Below are positions 51,324 to 59,261 of a stretch of DNA of 64,000 bases, piece by piece. The stretch's first letter is position 1. Each line of letters opens with the position of its first letter. Made by a program: the position numbers and the translations under genes. Origin of the DNA: Shigella phage TB004. Location: sequence record MW822011; one strand, given 5' to 3'. The notes under the pieces were generated by a model, which did not search any database, was not told the origin of the DNA, and was given only the letters and a program-made list of their open reading frames with translations.

Positions 51324-51553
51324 GTGAAAAACCAATTACTGTTAAAGAATTCCAAGAAAAAGTTAAACTATTTGCTCAGGAATTGGTAAATAAAGTTTCT
51401 GAACGATTTCCTGAAACATCGGTTCGTGTTATTACCGAAACTCCTCGTTCAGTATTAGTAATTGTGAATCCAGGTGATGGTGACCAAATAACACATCTCA
51501 AATTGGATTTTGATGGATTAGTTGAAGCGCAAAGGGTGTATGGCGTACTATGA
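51317..51553 (+). CDS. hypothetical protein (78 aa)
   Basis: ORF track. Confidence 0.45.
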   Translation: MLSEKPITVKEFQEKVKLFAQELVNKVSERFPETSVRVITETPRSVLVIVNPGDGDQITHLKLDFDGLVEAQRVYGVL

Positions 51554-51888
51554 TGAATTTAACTGATATAATTGATAATTGTCTTGAAAATGATACTGGC
51601 GATCATAGAGCGCTTGACTCTGAAACAGCACAGTTCATTAGAATAACTTTAATGAATGATACTCTAGTGAATAGCATTCATCCTTCTGTGTATGATGCTA
51701 TTATTGTGACGAAGTATCCAGTTGAGCTTCACAAAAAGATGGCTGGTGCAATTTTTATTGATAAGAAAAACCGCTTTAAAGATGGGCAGAATATAATTAG
51801 TTCTGTTATTAAAAGTATAACTAAACTTCGTCACGAAATTTATCGTGTTGAAACTGCTAAATCTGCTTATCTGGTGATTATGAAATGA
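51550..51888 (+). CDS. hypothetical protein (112 aa)
   Basis: ORF track. Confidence 0.45.
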   Translation: MMNLTDIIDNCLENDTGDHRALDSETAQFIRITLMNDTLVNSIHPSVYDAIIVTKYPVELHKKMAGAIFIDKKNRFKDGQNIISSVIKSITKLRHEIYRVETAKSAYLVIMK

Positions 51889-52466
51889 AAGCGAGTACAG
51901 TACTTCAAATTGCATATTTAGTATCACAAGAATCCAAATGTTGCTCCTGGAAGGTAGGAGCAGTAATTGAAAAGAATGGACGTATTATTTCTACCGGATA
52001 TAACGGTTCTCCTGCCGGTGGTGTGAATTGCTGCGATTATGCTGCTGAGCAAGGTTGGTTGCTGAATAAGCCTAAACATACTATCATTCAAGGTCATAAG
52101 CCCGAATGTGTATCATTTGGTTCAACTGATCGTTTTGTTTTGGCGAAAGAACACCGCAGCGCTCACTCTGAATGGTCGTCTAAAAATGAAATTCATGCTG
52201 AACTAAATGCGATTTTGTTTGCTGCACGAAATGGTTCTTCAATTGAAGGTGCTACTATGTATGTAACACTTTCTCCTTGCCCAGATTGTGCAAAAGCGAT
52301 AGCTCAATCTGGAATTAAAAAGTTGGTTTATTGTGAAACATACGATAAAAATAAACCTGGCTGGGATGATATTCTGCGAAATGCGGGTATTGAAGTGTTT
52401 AATGTTCCTAAGAAAAACTTGAATAAGTTAAATTGGGAAAATATCAACGAATTCTGTGGTGAATAA
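51885..52466 (+). CDS. cd: dCMP deaminase (193 aa)
   Basis: zinc-binding deaminase motifs (HAELNAI ... PCPDC); length equals T4 Cd. Confidence 0.9.
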   Translation: MKASTVLQIAYLVSQESKCCSWKVGAVIEKNGRIISTGYNGSPAGGVNCCDYAAEQGWLLNKPKHTIIQGHKPECVSFGSTDRFVLAKEHRSAHSEWSSKNEIHAELNAILFAARNGSSIEGATMYVTLSPCPDCAKAIAQSGIKKLVYCETYDKNKPGWDDILRNAGIEVFNVPKKNLNKLNWENINEFCGE

Positions 52467-52702
52467 TGAAATTTCGTTTGGTACAACTCACAGCAATTAG
52501 TTCTTATTCTAATGAGAATATTTCATTTGCTGTAGAGTATAAGAAATATTTTTTCTCTAAATGGAAGCAGTATTATAAGTCAGAATGGGTTTGTATTGAT
52601 AAACCGTATAGTTGGAAATCTGATTTAGAAAAATGCCAAAAGTTGCTTTCCACTCTTAAAGAACGTGGAACAACCCATATTAAAACTGTAATAGGTAAAT
52701 AA
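52466..52702 (+). CDS. hypothetical protein (78 aa)
   Basis: ORF track. Confidence 0.45.
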   Translation: MKFRLVQLTAISSYSNENISFAVEYKKYFFSKWKQYYKSEWVCIDKPYSWKSDLEKCQKLLSTLKERGTTHIKTVIGK

Positions 52703-53011
52703 ATGAAATTGACAACTGAGCAGAAAGTAGCAATTCGTGAAATTTTGAAAACTAAATTGTCCATGGGTATTTCAAACGTGGTTTTTGAAAAGTCTGATGG
52801 TACTATTCGTACTATGAAAGGTACTCGTGATGCAGACTTTATGCCAACCATGCAAACCGGTAAATTGACTGAATCTACTCGGAAAGAATCTACTGATATG
52901 ATTCCAGTATTTGATGTTGAGCTTGGTGCATGGCGAGGTTTTTCTATTGACAAATTGATTTCTGTTAATGGTATGAAAGTTGAGCATTTACTCCAATTTA
53001 TTGGTAAATAA
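52703..53011 (+). CDS. hypothetical protein (102 aa)
   Basis: ORF track. Confidence 0.5.
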   Translation: MKLTTEQKVAIREILKTKLSMGISNVVFEKSDGTIRTMKGTRDADFMPTMQTGKLTESTRKESTDMIPVFDVELGAWRGFSIDKLISVNGMKVEHLLQFIGK

Positions 53012-53067
53012 ATGCTTTAAGAATTATTTGTTATTATTAATTCATCTGTTAACAAAAAGGAAAAACG

Positions 53068-53403
53068 ATGTCTGAAGTACAACAGCTACCAATTCGTGCT
53101 GTCGGTGAATATGTTATTTTAGTTTCTGAACCTGCACAAGCCGGTGATGAAGAAGTTACAGAATCAGGACTTATTATCGGTAAACGTGTCCAAGGTGAAG
53201 TTCCTGAACTGTGTGTAGTTCACTCTGTTGGTCCTGATGTTCCTGAAGGTTTCTGTGAAGTTGGTGATTTGACTTCTCTTCCAGTTGGTCAAATTCGAAA
53301 CGTTCCGCATCCTTTTGTAGCTCTGGGTCTTAAGCAGCCAAAAGAAATTAAACAAAAATTCGTTACCTGTCACTATAAAGCTATTCCGTGTCTTTATAAG
53401 TGA
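53068..53403 (+). CDS. 31: co-chaperonin gp31 (GroES-like), 111 aa
   Basis: length and position next to rIII as in T4. Confidence 0.85.
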
Positions 53404-53550
53404 TATAAATAATAATATGAATTGGGTGTCGGAATAATAAGTTAACCGAACGATTCTACGTGGTAGTCTACAACTGAGAGATCTGTCGAAAGAAGATGAA
53501 ATTCAGAAGAACGTGACTACCGAGTTTTAATCTCTAACGAGAATTTTTAA

Positions 53551-53799
53551 ATGATTAAACAATTACAACACGCTCTTGAACTGCAACGAAACGCATGGAA
53601 TAATGGTCACGAAAACTATGGCGCATCTATTGATGTTGAAGCCGAAGCTCTTGAAATCCTGCGTTATTTCAAACATCTGAATCCTGCTCAAACTGCATTA
53701 GCTGCTGAGCTTCAGGAAAAAGATGAACTTAAGTATGCTAAGCCTCTGGCTTCTGCTGCACGAAAAGCAGTTCGTCACTTTGTGGTAACACTGAAATAA
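53551..53799 (+). CDS. rIII: rIII lysis-inhibition accessory protein (82 aa)
   Basis: length and position as in T4. Confidence 0.8.
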   Translation: MIKQLQHALELQRNAWNNGHENYGASIDVEAEALEILRYFKHLNPAQTALAAELQEKDELKYAKPLASAARKAVRHFVVTLK

Positions 53800-54197
53800 T
53801 TTATTGGAGATTCACTGCCTTAGTGTGAGCTAAAATCGAGGAGCCATCGAACTGTCTGATTAATGATTTGCGAATCATTATAGTTTTAAGACCCCGGCAG
53901 TTTTATGGTGTACCTCTTGAATGTTATTCTTATAGCGGCAAGTGCATGCTACCCCGAGGTGATGGCCAATCGGGAGTACGCCTCAAGGCCTATATATCCA
54001 TCAGTATATATCTTATCCTCGAGAAATCGAACCCGGAACCTTTAAGCTAACGGTGTGCAACAGATAAGAGCTATAAGGTATGATGACGGGTTTATGGTTA
54101 TCCTGGTCGTTAAATATTCAAAAACCTATGTTCCCCTTGAGGGCTTGCGCAGGCAATGCCAATAAGTCCTGCATTTTCATTTAAAAGAGAATTTATA

Positions 54198-54374
54198 ATG
54201 GCAAAACAAGCTAAAGCAAAGAAAGCAGTTGAAAAGAAAGTTGGTGATTCTAAACGCGCTGGTTACAAGCGTGGGTCGAACTCTCGTATCAATCAAACTG
54301 TTGAGAAGATCATGCGCCGAGCACGTGCGGTTCTTCGAGATGATGCTTCTCGTTTTGGTAAGCAGAAAGCATAA
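54198..54374 (+). CDS. small highly basic protein (58 aa)
   Basis: MAKQAKAKKAVEKKVGDSKRAGYKRGSNSRINQTVEKIMRRARAVLRDD; followed by a strong terminator. Confidence 0.45.
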   Translation: MAKQAKAKKAVEKKVGDSKRAGYKRGSNSRINQTVEKIMRRARAVLRDDASRFGKQKA

Positions 54375-54378
54375 GTTG

Positions 54379-54404
54379 AGGACTCCTTCGGGAGTCCTTT
54401 TTTA
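54379..54404 (+). terminator. rho-independent terminator (UUCG hairpin plus T-run)
   Basis: aggactccttcgggagtccttttttatttt. Confidence 0.7.
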
Positions 54405-54426
54405 TTTTCCAAAGATTGCATAAAGT

Positions 54427-54460
54427 TGTTTACAGTATAGTTCATTTGTGATAGTATTAT
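54427..54460 (+). promoter_or_regulatory. T4-type early promoter
   Basis: taaagttgtttac ... tgtgatagtattat. Confidence 0.45.
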
Positions 54461-54484
54461 CTTACACAAACAAAGGAGAATAAA

Positions 54485-54817
54485 ATGAAAACGATTAATC
54501 TGAACGCTACAGTTAAAACTAAATGCTTCAATGGTAAATATGATGAAACTATGTGGTTCTTAATGGCAGTTGAAGGTGATATTATTGAAGTAGAAACAAC
54601 AGAAGGTATGGGAACAGATTTCACCTTTACAATTCAAGTTCATAATTTCTTTACTGGTTGGATTTATGAATTGAATACAGTAATCGTTGGAAAAATTGAA
54701 CAAAATGAATTAGGTGAATGGTATTATGTTACAGCTCGCCAACGTGCAGAACGCTTAATTGAGAAGATGAAAAAAGTTGGTAAACTTGACATGCAGCACT
54801 GGAAAGTAGTAAAATAA
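54485..54817 (+). CDS. hypothetical protein (110 aa)
   Basis: ORF track; ggagaataaa SD. Confidence 0.5.
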   Translation: MKTINLNATVKTKCFNGKYDETMWFLMAVEGDIIEVETTEGMGTDFTFTIQVHNFFTGWIYELNTVIVGKIEQNELGEWYYVTARQRAERLIEKMKKVGKLDMQHWKVVK

Positions 54818-54819
54818 TT

Positions 54820-54849
54820 GTTTACTTTGGTACAGGATATGATATTATA
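54820..54849 (+). promoter_or_regulatory. T4-type early promoter
   Basis: aattgtttac ... gatatgatattat. Confidence 0.4.
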
Positions 54850-54884
54850 TACCTATACCGCAATTAAACATCTTGGAGAATAAA

Positions 54885-55250
54885 ATGAACTACATCAACT
54901 TTGAACGTAAATATGTTTCTAACGGTATTGCAGGTTCTATTGATACTATCTGCCTTTGGAAACATCAAAATGGATCAGTATGCGAAATTGAACAGTATAT
55001 GACTCCTAACTACGTTTATATGCGATTTGAAAATGGCATCACGGTTTCAATCACGAAAGAAGGTTCTTCTTTTAAAATCGCATTAGATGATGATTTTCGT
55101 CAACGTGATTTAGGGACTCATCCTTGCTGGAATGGCGTCAATCGTAAGCTTCTGGTTAAAACTTGGATTCGTCATATTCTGAGTAACAGAGCTAAACCTG
55201 AGCATCTTGAAGCGATCTTTGATGTAGTTCTTAACGAATTTGATATTTAA
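54885..55250 (+). CDS. hypothetical protein (121 aa)
   Basis: ORF track frame 54873..55250 (TTG); ATG at 54885 after ggagaataaa. Confidence 0.5.
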   Translation: MNYINFERKYVSNGIAGSIDTICLWKHQNGSVCEIEQYMTPNYVYMRFENGITVSITKEGSSFKIALDDDFRQRDLGTHPCWNGVNRKLLVKTWIRHILSNRAKPEHLEAIFDVVLNEFDI

Positions 55251-55257
55251 AATAAAA

Positions 55258-55276
55258 TAGGGGCTTCGGCCCCTTA
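55258..55276 (+). terminator. UUCG hairpin (terminator-like)
   Basis: aggggcttcggcccctt. Confidence 0.4.
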
Positions 55277-55290
55277 CTGAGGAAAATATT

Positions 55291-55578
55291 ATGTTTATGA
55301 CTACTTATTTTGATACCCGTAAAAACTTCTGTGAAGTAGTTTTCTCTAAGGCGCCTAAAGACCTTCCTGCTCATTTGCAGCCTACAAGTGAATCGATTAA
55401 AAACTACGTTAATGTAGTCTGCCCTTTAGAGTTTCGTACTGTAAATGGGCGTGATACTCTAGCTATCGCTAAACTCAATCGTGAAATTGACATTGACCCT
55501 TCAATTGCGCGTGAAATTAACATTTCTGACATTGGCGGCGGTAATGTTAAATCGCACGGTTTTCAGATGAGGTTCTAA
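55291..55578 (+). CDS. hypothetical protein (95 aa)
   Basis: ORF track; gaggaaaa SD. Confidence 0.5.
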   Translation: MFMTTYFDTRKNFCEVVFSKAPKDLPAHLQPTSESIKNYVNVVCPLEFRTVNGRDTLAIAKLNREIDIDPSIAREINISDIGGGNVKSHGFQMRF

Positions 55579-55775
55579 TGAAATTCTTTTTAGATCAAAC
55601 TGTTGAATTAAAGGGAGTTGGTATACCTGGATTAATTTCTAAGGTTCTACCTCCATTTAAATGGAGTGGTATTCAAATAAAAGAGGCTTATATTGTTTCC
55701 TGGGTAGATGGAAATGAAGACCTTCGTATGGGTGATGAATTATCTCCTATCTATGGATTAAAGGAATTAATATGA
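55578..55775 (+). CDS. hypothetical protein (65 aa)
   Basis: ORF track. Confidence 0.4.
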   Translation: MKFFLDQTVELKGVGIPGLISKVLPPFKWSGIQIKEAYIVSWVDGNEDLRMGDELSPIYGLKELI

Positions 55776-55978
55776 ATATAATTAATAAGATTTTTGGAAT
55801 TCAGTACATTAAGGTTACATATAAAGTAACGTATAAAGGTCCGTATACCGATGAATATGAAGAGCCACAAGTTCAGTCTATTATATTAGAAAAGGACCCT
55901 AACTGGCCAGTTGAATTTCGTCTTCCTTGCTATGGTCATTGGGCTGATGTTGAAATTATAAGTATTGAAAATGTCTGA
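55772..55978 (+). CDS. hypothetical protein (68 aa)
   Basis: ORF track. Confidence 0.4.
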   Translation: MNIINKIFGIQYIKVTYKVTYKGPYTDEYEEPQVQSIILEKDPNWPVEFRLPCYGHWADVEIISIENV

Positions 55979-56429
55979 GTTAGAGATTAGAAGCAATTTT
56001 AAATGGCCATCATGTGCATTAAGCAATTTCGCCCAATGGCCTTTTGTTATGGATGGCATTCAATTTGGAGGTCTCGAAGGATTCCTACAAGGATGTAAGG
56101 TGAAAAATGCTGAACATCAAAGACGTATATTTGGGTTGTCTGGATTGGCTGCACAGCAAGCTGGAAGGTCTTATGCAAGAGCTCAGGACCGTGGAACTCT
56201 CTTCTGGTTAGGAGTTCCATTTTCAAGATACTCTGAAGCGTGGAAAGAATTATACACAAATGCATATTTTGAAGCAGCGATCCAAAACAGGGGCTTTCGT
56301 GATGCATTACAAGCCTCGAAAGGAAAAGTTTTGAAGCACAGCATGGCTAGTGGTCTAACAAAAGATGATACAATACTAACCGAAGCTGAATTTATTGACG
56401 TGTTAAACCTATTAAGAGACTCTCTATGA
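55971..56429 (+). CDS. NADAR / YbiA-like (DUF1768) domain protein (152 aa)
   Basis: N-terminal F ... LSNF ... PF ... G ... F ... E pattern typical of the YbiA/NADAR family. Confidence 0.55.
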   Translation: MSELEIRSNFKWPSCALSNFAQWPFVMDGIQFGGLEGFLQGCKVKNAEHQRRIFGLSGLAAQQAGRSYARAQDRGTLFWLGVPFSRYSEAWKELYTNAYFEAAIQNRGFRDALQASKGKVLKHSMASGLTKDDTILTEAEFIDVLNLLRDSL

Positions 56430-57289
56430 AGCCAACTATTTTGACTGATATTGATGGAGTATGTTTAAGCTGGCAATCAGGCCTTCCTTATTTTGCTCAG
56501 AAATATAATCTTCCATTAGAACATATTTTAAAAATGATCCAAGATGAGAAATTTATTTCTCCAGGTAAGCTCTTTAATTGTGATGAAGAACTTGGTGTCA
56601 AGTTAATTGAAAAATACAATCGTTCGGATTTTATTCGTTACTTGTCTCCATATAAAGATGCTCTGCGTGTAATTAACAAATTAAAAGAAGATTATAATTT
56701 TGTAGCTGTTACAGCACTGGGTGATTCTATTGACGCTCTGCTGAATCGTCAATTTAATTTGAATGCTCTTTTTCCTGGTGCCTTCTCAGAAGTACTGATG
56801 TGTGGTCATGATTCTTCAAAAGAAGAGTTGTTCAAAAAGGCAAAAGAGAAATATAACGTAATTTGTTATATTGACGATCTCGCTCACCACTGCGATCATG
56901 CGAGTGAAATATTAAATGTTCCTGTTTATTGGATGGCTCGAGGGGAGCGTGACAGTATTCCAAAAACTGCACAGCGAGTTTATACATGGAATGATGTAGA
57001 AAATAAGCTTTTTTCACCAAAGGAAAATAAAGAAAGTTTTGATAGTGAAAAAGCTATAAAAGATGTAATTGAGAAGATGGTTAAAAACGATTCTTTTCGT
57101 TGGAACACTACCTGGAGAACTCCTGGATTTAATCCGTATAACCCATATTATACACATCCATATAATCCATATTATACACACCCGTATCATATGAATCCAT
57201 TCCATACGTGGAGTTATATTAAGCCCGGTGATGCAGGGTATTTTAATAGATTTACTAGTGGTGATAATATTTTCCAAGGAGCATTCTAA
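56426..57289 (+). CDS. HAD-superfamily phosphatase-like protein with Pro/Tyr-rich repeat tail (287 aa)
   Basis: N-terminal DIDGV (HAD motif I); C-terminal NPYNPYYTHPYNPYYTHPYHMNPFH. Confidence 0.55.
   Translation: MKPTILTDIDGVCLSWQSGLPYFAQKYNLPLEHILKMIQDEKFISPGKLFNCDEELGVKLIEKYNRSDFIRYLSPYKDALRVINKLKEDYNFVAVTALGDSIDALLNRQFNLNALFPGAFSEVLMCGHDSSKEELFKKAKEKYNVICYIDDLAHHCDHASEILNVPVYWMARGERDSIPKTAQRVYTWNDVENKLFSPKENKESFDSEKAIKDVIEKMVKNDSFRWNTTWRTPGFNPYNPYYTHPYNPYYTHPYHMNPFHTWSYIKPGDAGYFNRFTSGDNIFQGAF
57141..57188 (+). repeat. 24-bp direct tandem repeat (2 copies) inside the HAD-like gene
   Basis: ccatattatacaca(t/c)cc(a/g)tat(a/c)at twice; coordinates approximate. Confidence 0.6.
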
Positions 57290-57558
57290 TGTTTGTCGTT
57301 CACACTATTTATGAAAATGAAGGTAATACTACACGTGATTACGGTCACGTAAATCAATTTTTTAGATGCAATCCAGAATTCCGAGCTCAAAAAGACGAAC
57401 GAATTTTTAAAAAATGTGTAGAGCAAGGTTTCATTTACGTCAAGCATTGGATGCAAGGAAATAAAGTTAGAACTACATATCATAAGTCTTTGCCTGAGCT
57501 TAATGATGAATTGATTTATAATAGAGCTGTAAACCAAACCTTGAAGGATGAGCAATGA
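57289..57558 (+). CDS. hypothetical protein (89 aa)
   Basis: ORF track. Confidence 0.45.
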   Translation: MFVVHTIYENEGNTTRDYGHVNQFFRCNPEFRAQKDERIFKKCVEQGFIYVKHWMQGNKVRTTYHKSLPELNDELIYNRAVNQTLKDEQ

Positions 57559-59018
57559 TTCTTAAAATTCTGAATGAAATAGCATCTATTGGATCAACTA
57601 AGCAGAAGCAAGCAATTCTTGAAAAGAATAAAGATAATGAATTGCTTAAACGGGTATATCGTCTGACTTATTCTCGTGGGTTACAGTATTATATCAAGAA
57701 ATGGCCTAAACCTGGTATTGCTACCCAGAGTTTTGGAATGCTGACTATTACCGATATGCTTGACTTCATTGAATTCACGTTAGCTACTCGGAAATTGACT
57801 GGAAATGCAGCAATTGAGGAATTAACTGGATATATCACTGATGGTAAAAAGGATGATGTTGAAGTTTTACGTCGAGTTATGATGCGAGACCTTGAATGCG
57901 GTGCTTCAGTATCTATTGCAAACAAAGTTTGGCCAGGTTTAATTCCTGAACAACCTCAAATGCTGGCAAGTTCTTATGATGAAAAAGGCATTAGTAAGAA
58001 TATCAAGTTTCCAGCTTTTGCACAGTTAAAAGCAGATGGAGCCCGGTGTTTTGCTGAAGTTCGAGGCGATGAATTAGATGATGTTCGTCTTTTATCACGA
58101 GCTGGTAATGAATATCTAGGATTAGATCTTCTTAAGGAAGAATTAATCAAAATGACTGCTGAAGCCCGCCAGATTCATCCAGAAGGTGTGTTAATTGATG
58201 GCGAATTGGTATACCATGAGCAAGTTGAAAAAGAGCCAGAAGGCCTAGATTTTCTTTTTGATGCTTATCCTGAAATTAGTAAAGCTAAAGAATTCGCCGA
58301 AGTAGCGGAATCTCGTACTACTTCTAATGGAATCGCCAATAAATCCTTAAAAGGAACCATTTCTGAAAAAGAAGCTCAATGCATGAAGTTTCAGGTCTGG
58401 GATTATGTCCCGTTGGTAGAAATATACGGTCTTCCGGCGTTTCGTTTAAAATATGATGTACGTTTTTCTAAACTAGAACAAATGACATCAGGATATGATA
58501 AAGTAATTTTAATTGAAAACCAGGTAGTAAATAACCTAGATGAAGCTAAGGTAATTTATAAAAAGTATATTGACCAAGGTCTTGAAGGTATTATTCTCAA
58601 AAATATCGATGGATTATGGGAAAATGCTCGTTCAAAAAATCTTTATAAATTTAAAGAAGTAATTGATGTTGATTTAAAAATTGTAGGAATTTATCCTCAC
58701 CGTAAAGACCCTACTAAAGCAGGTGGATTTATTCTTGAATCAGAGTGTGGAAAAATTAAAGTAAATGCTGGTTCAGGCTTAAAAGATAAAGCCGGTGTAA
58801 AATCACATGAACTTGACCGTACTCGCATTATGGAAAACCAAAATTATTATATTGGAAAAATTCTAGAGTGCGAATGCAACGGTTGGTTAAAATCTGATGG
58901 CCGCACTGATTACGTTAAATTATTTCTTCCAATTGCGATTCGTTTACGTGAAGATAAAACTAAAGCTAATACATTCGAGGATGTATTTGGTGATTTTCAT
59001 GAGGTAACTGGTCTATGA
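57555..59018 (+). CDS. 30: ATP-dependent DNA ligase gp30 (487 aa)
   Basis: MILKILNEIASIGSTKQKQAILEKNKDNELLKRVYRLTYSRGLQYY; adenylation motif KADG (AQLKADGARC); length equals T4 ligase. Confidence 0.95.
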   Translation: MILKILNEIASIGSTKQKQAILEKNKDNELLKRVYRLTYSRGLQYYIKKWPKPGIATQSFGMLTITDMLDFIEFTLATRKLTGNAAIEELTGYITDGKKDDVEVLRRVMMRDLECGASVSIANKVWPGLIPEQPQMLASSYDEKGISKNIKFPAFAQLKADGARCFAEVRGDELDDVRLLSRAGNEYLGLDLLKEELIKMTAEARQIHPEGVLIDGELVYHEQVEKEPEGLDFLFDAYPEISKAKEFAEVAESRTTSNGIANKSLKGTISEKEAQCMKFQVWDYVPLVEIYGLPAFRLKYDVRFSKLEQMTSGYDKVILIENQVVNNLDEAKVIYKKYIDQGLEGIILKNIDGLWENARSKNLYKFKEVIDVDLKIVGIYPHRKDPTKAGGFILESECGKIKVNAGSGLKDKAGVKSHELDRTRIMENQNYYIGKILECECNGWLKSDGRTDYVKLFLPIAIRLREDKTKANTFEDVFGDFHEVTGL

Positions 59019-59203
59019 AAGCTTACTTAGAAACAATTGTCGTGGCTCAAAAAGAAGGTGGAGATGTTTCTACTTCTGTATCACAAATCGTTCTTGAATT
59101 TGTAGATGCATATGCTTATAATAAATTCACAGAAACATTTGATGCCTATGAAAAAGGTCCAAAGTTTGAAATATATCGTACTCTCTTACCATTAGATTAT
59201 TAA
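59015..59203 (+). CDS. hypothetical protein (62 aa)
   Basis: ORF track; ATGA overlap with ligase. Confidence 0.45.
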   Translation: MKAYLETIVVAQKEGGDVSTSVSQIVLEFVDAYAYNKFTETFDAYEKGPKFEIYRTLLPLDY

Positions 59204-59222
59204 AGGCCTTCGGGCCTTTAAT
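59202..59222 (+). terminator. rho-independent terminator
   Basis: aaaggccttcgggcctttaatttt. Confidence 0.6.
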
Positions 59223-59224
59223 TT

Positions 59225-59232
59225 TATAAATA
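59225..59232 (+). promoter_or_regulatory. late promoter TATAAATA upstream of alt
   Basis: ttttataaatagaat about 30 nt upstream of alt ATG. Confidence 0.5.
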
Positions 59233-59261
59233 GAATAAGAATAAACACTAGAGAGGATATG

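Noticed and set aside
54028-54045. tcgaacccgg motif resembling the complement of a tRNA T-arm
   Set aside because: Could not build a cloverleaf (no matching acceptor or T-stem pairing) on either strand; no tRNA called.
53868-54050. 60-aa ORF inside the non-coding gap after rIII
   Set aside because: No SD, atypical composition, product looks like random translation; the region is better treated as non-coding.
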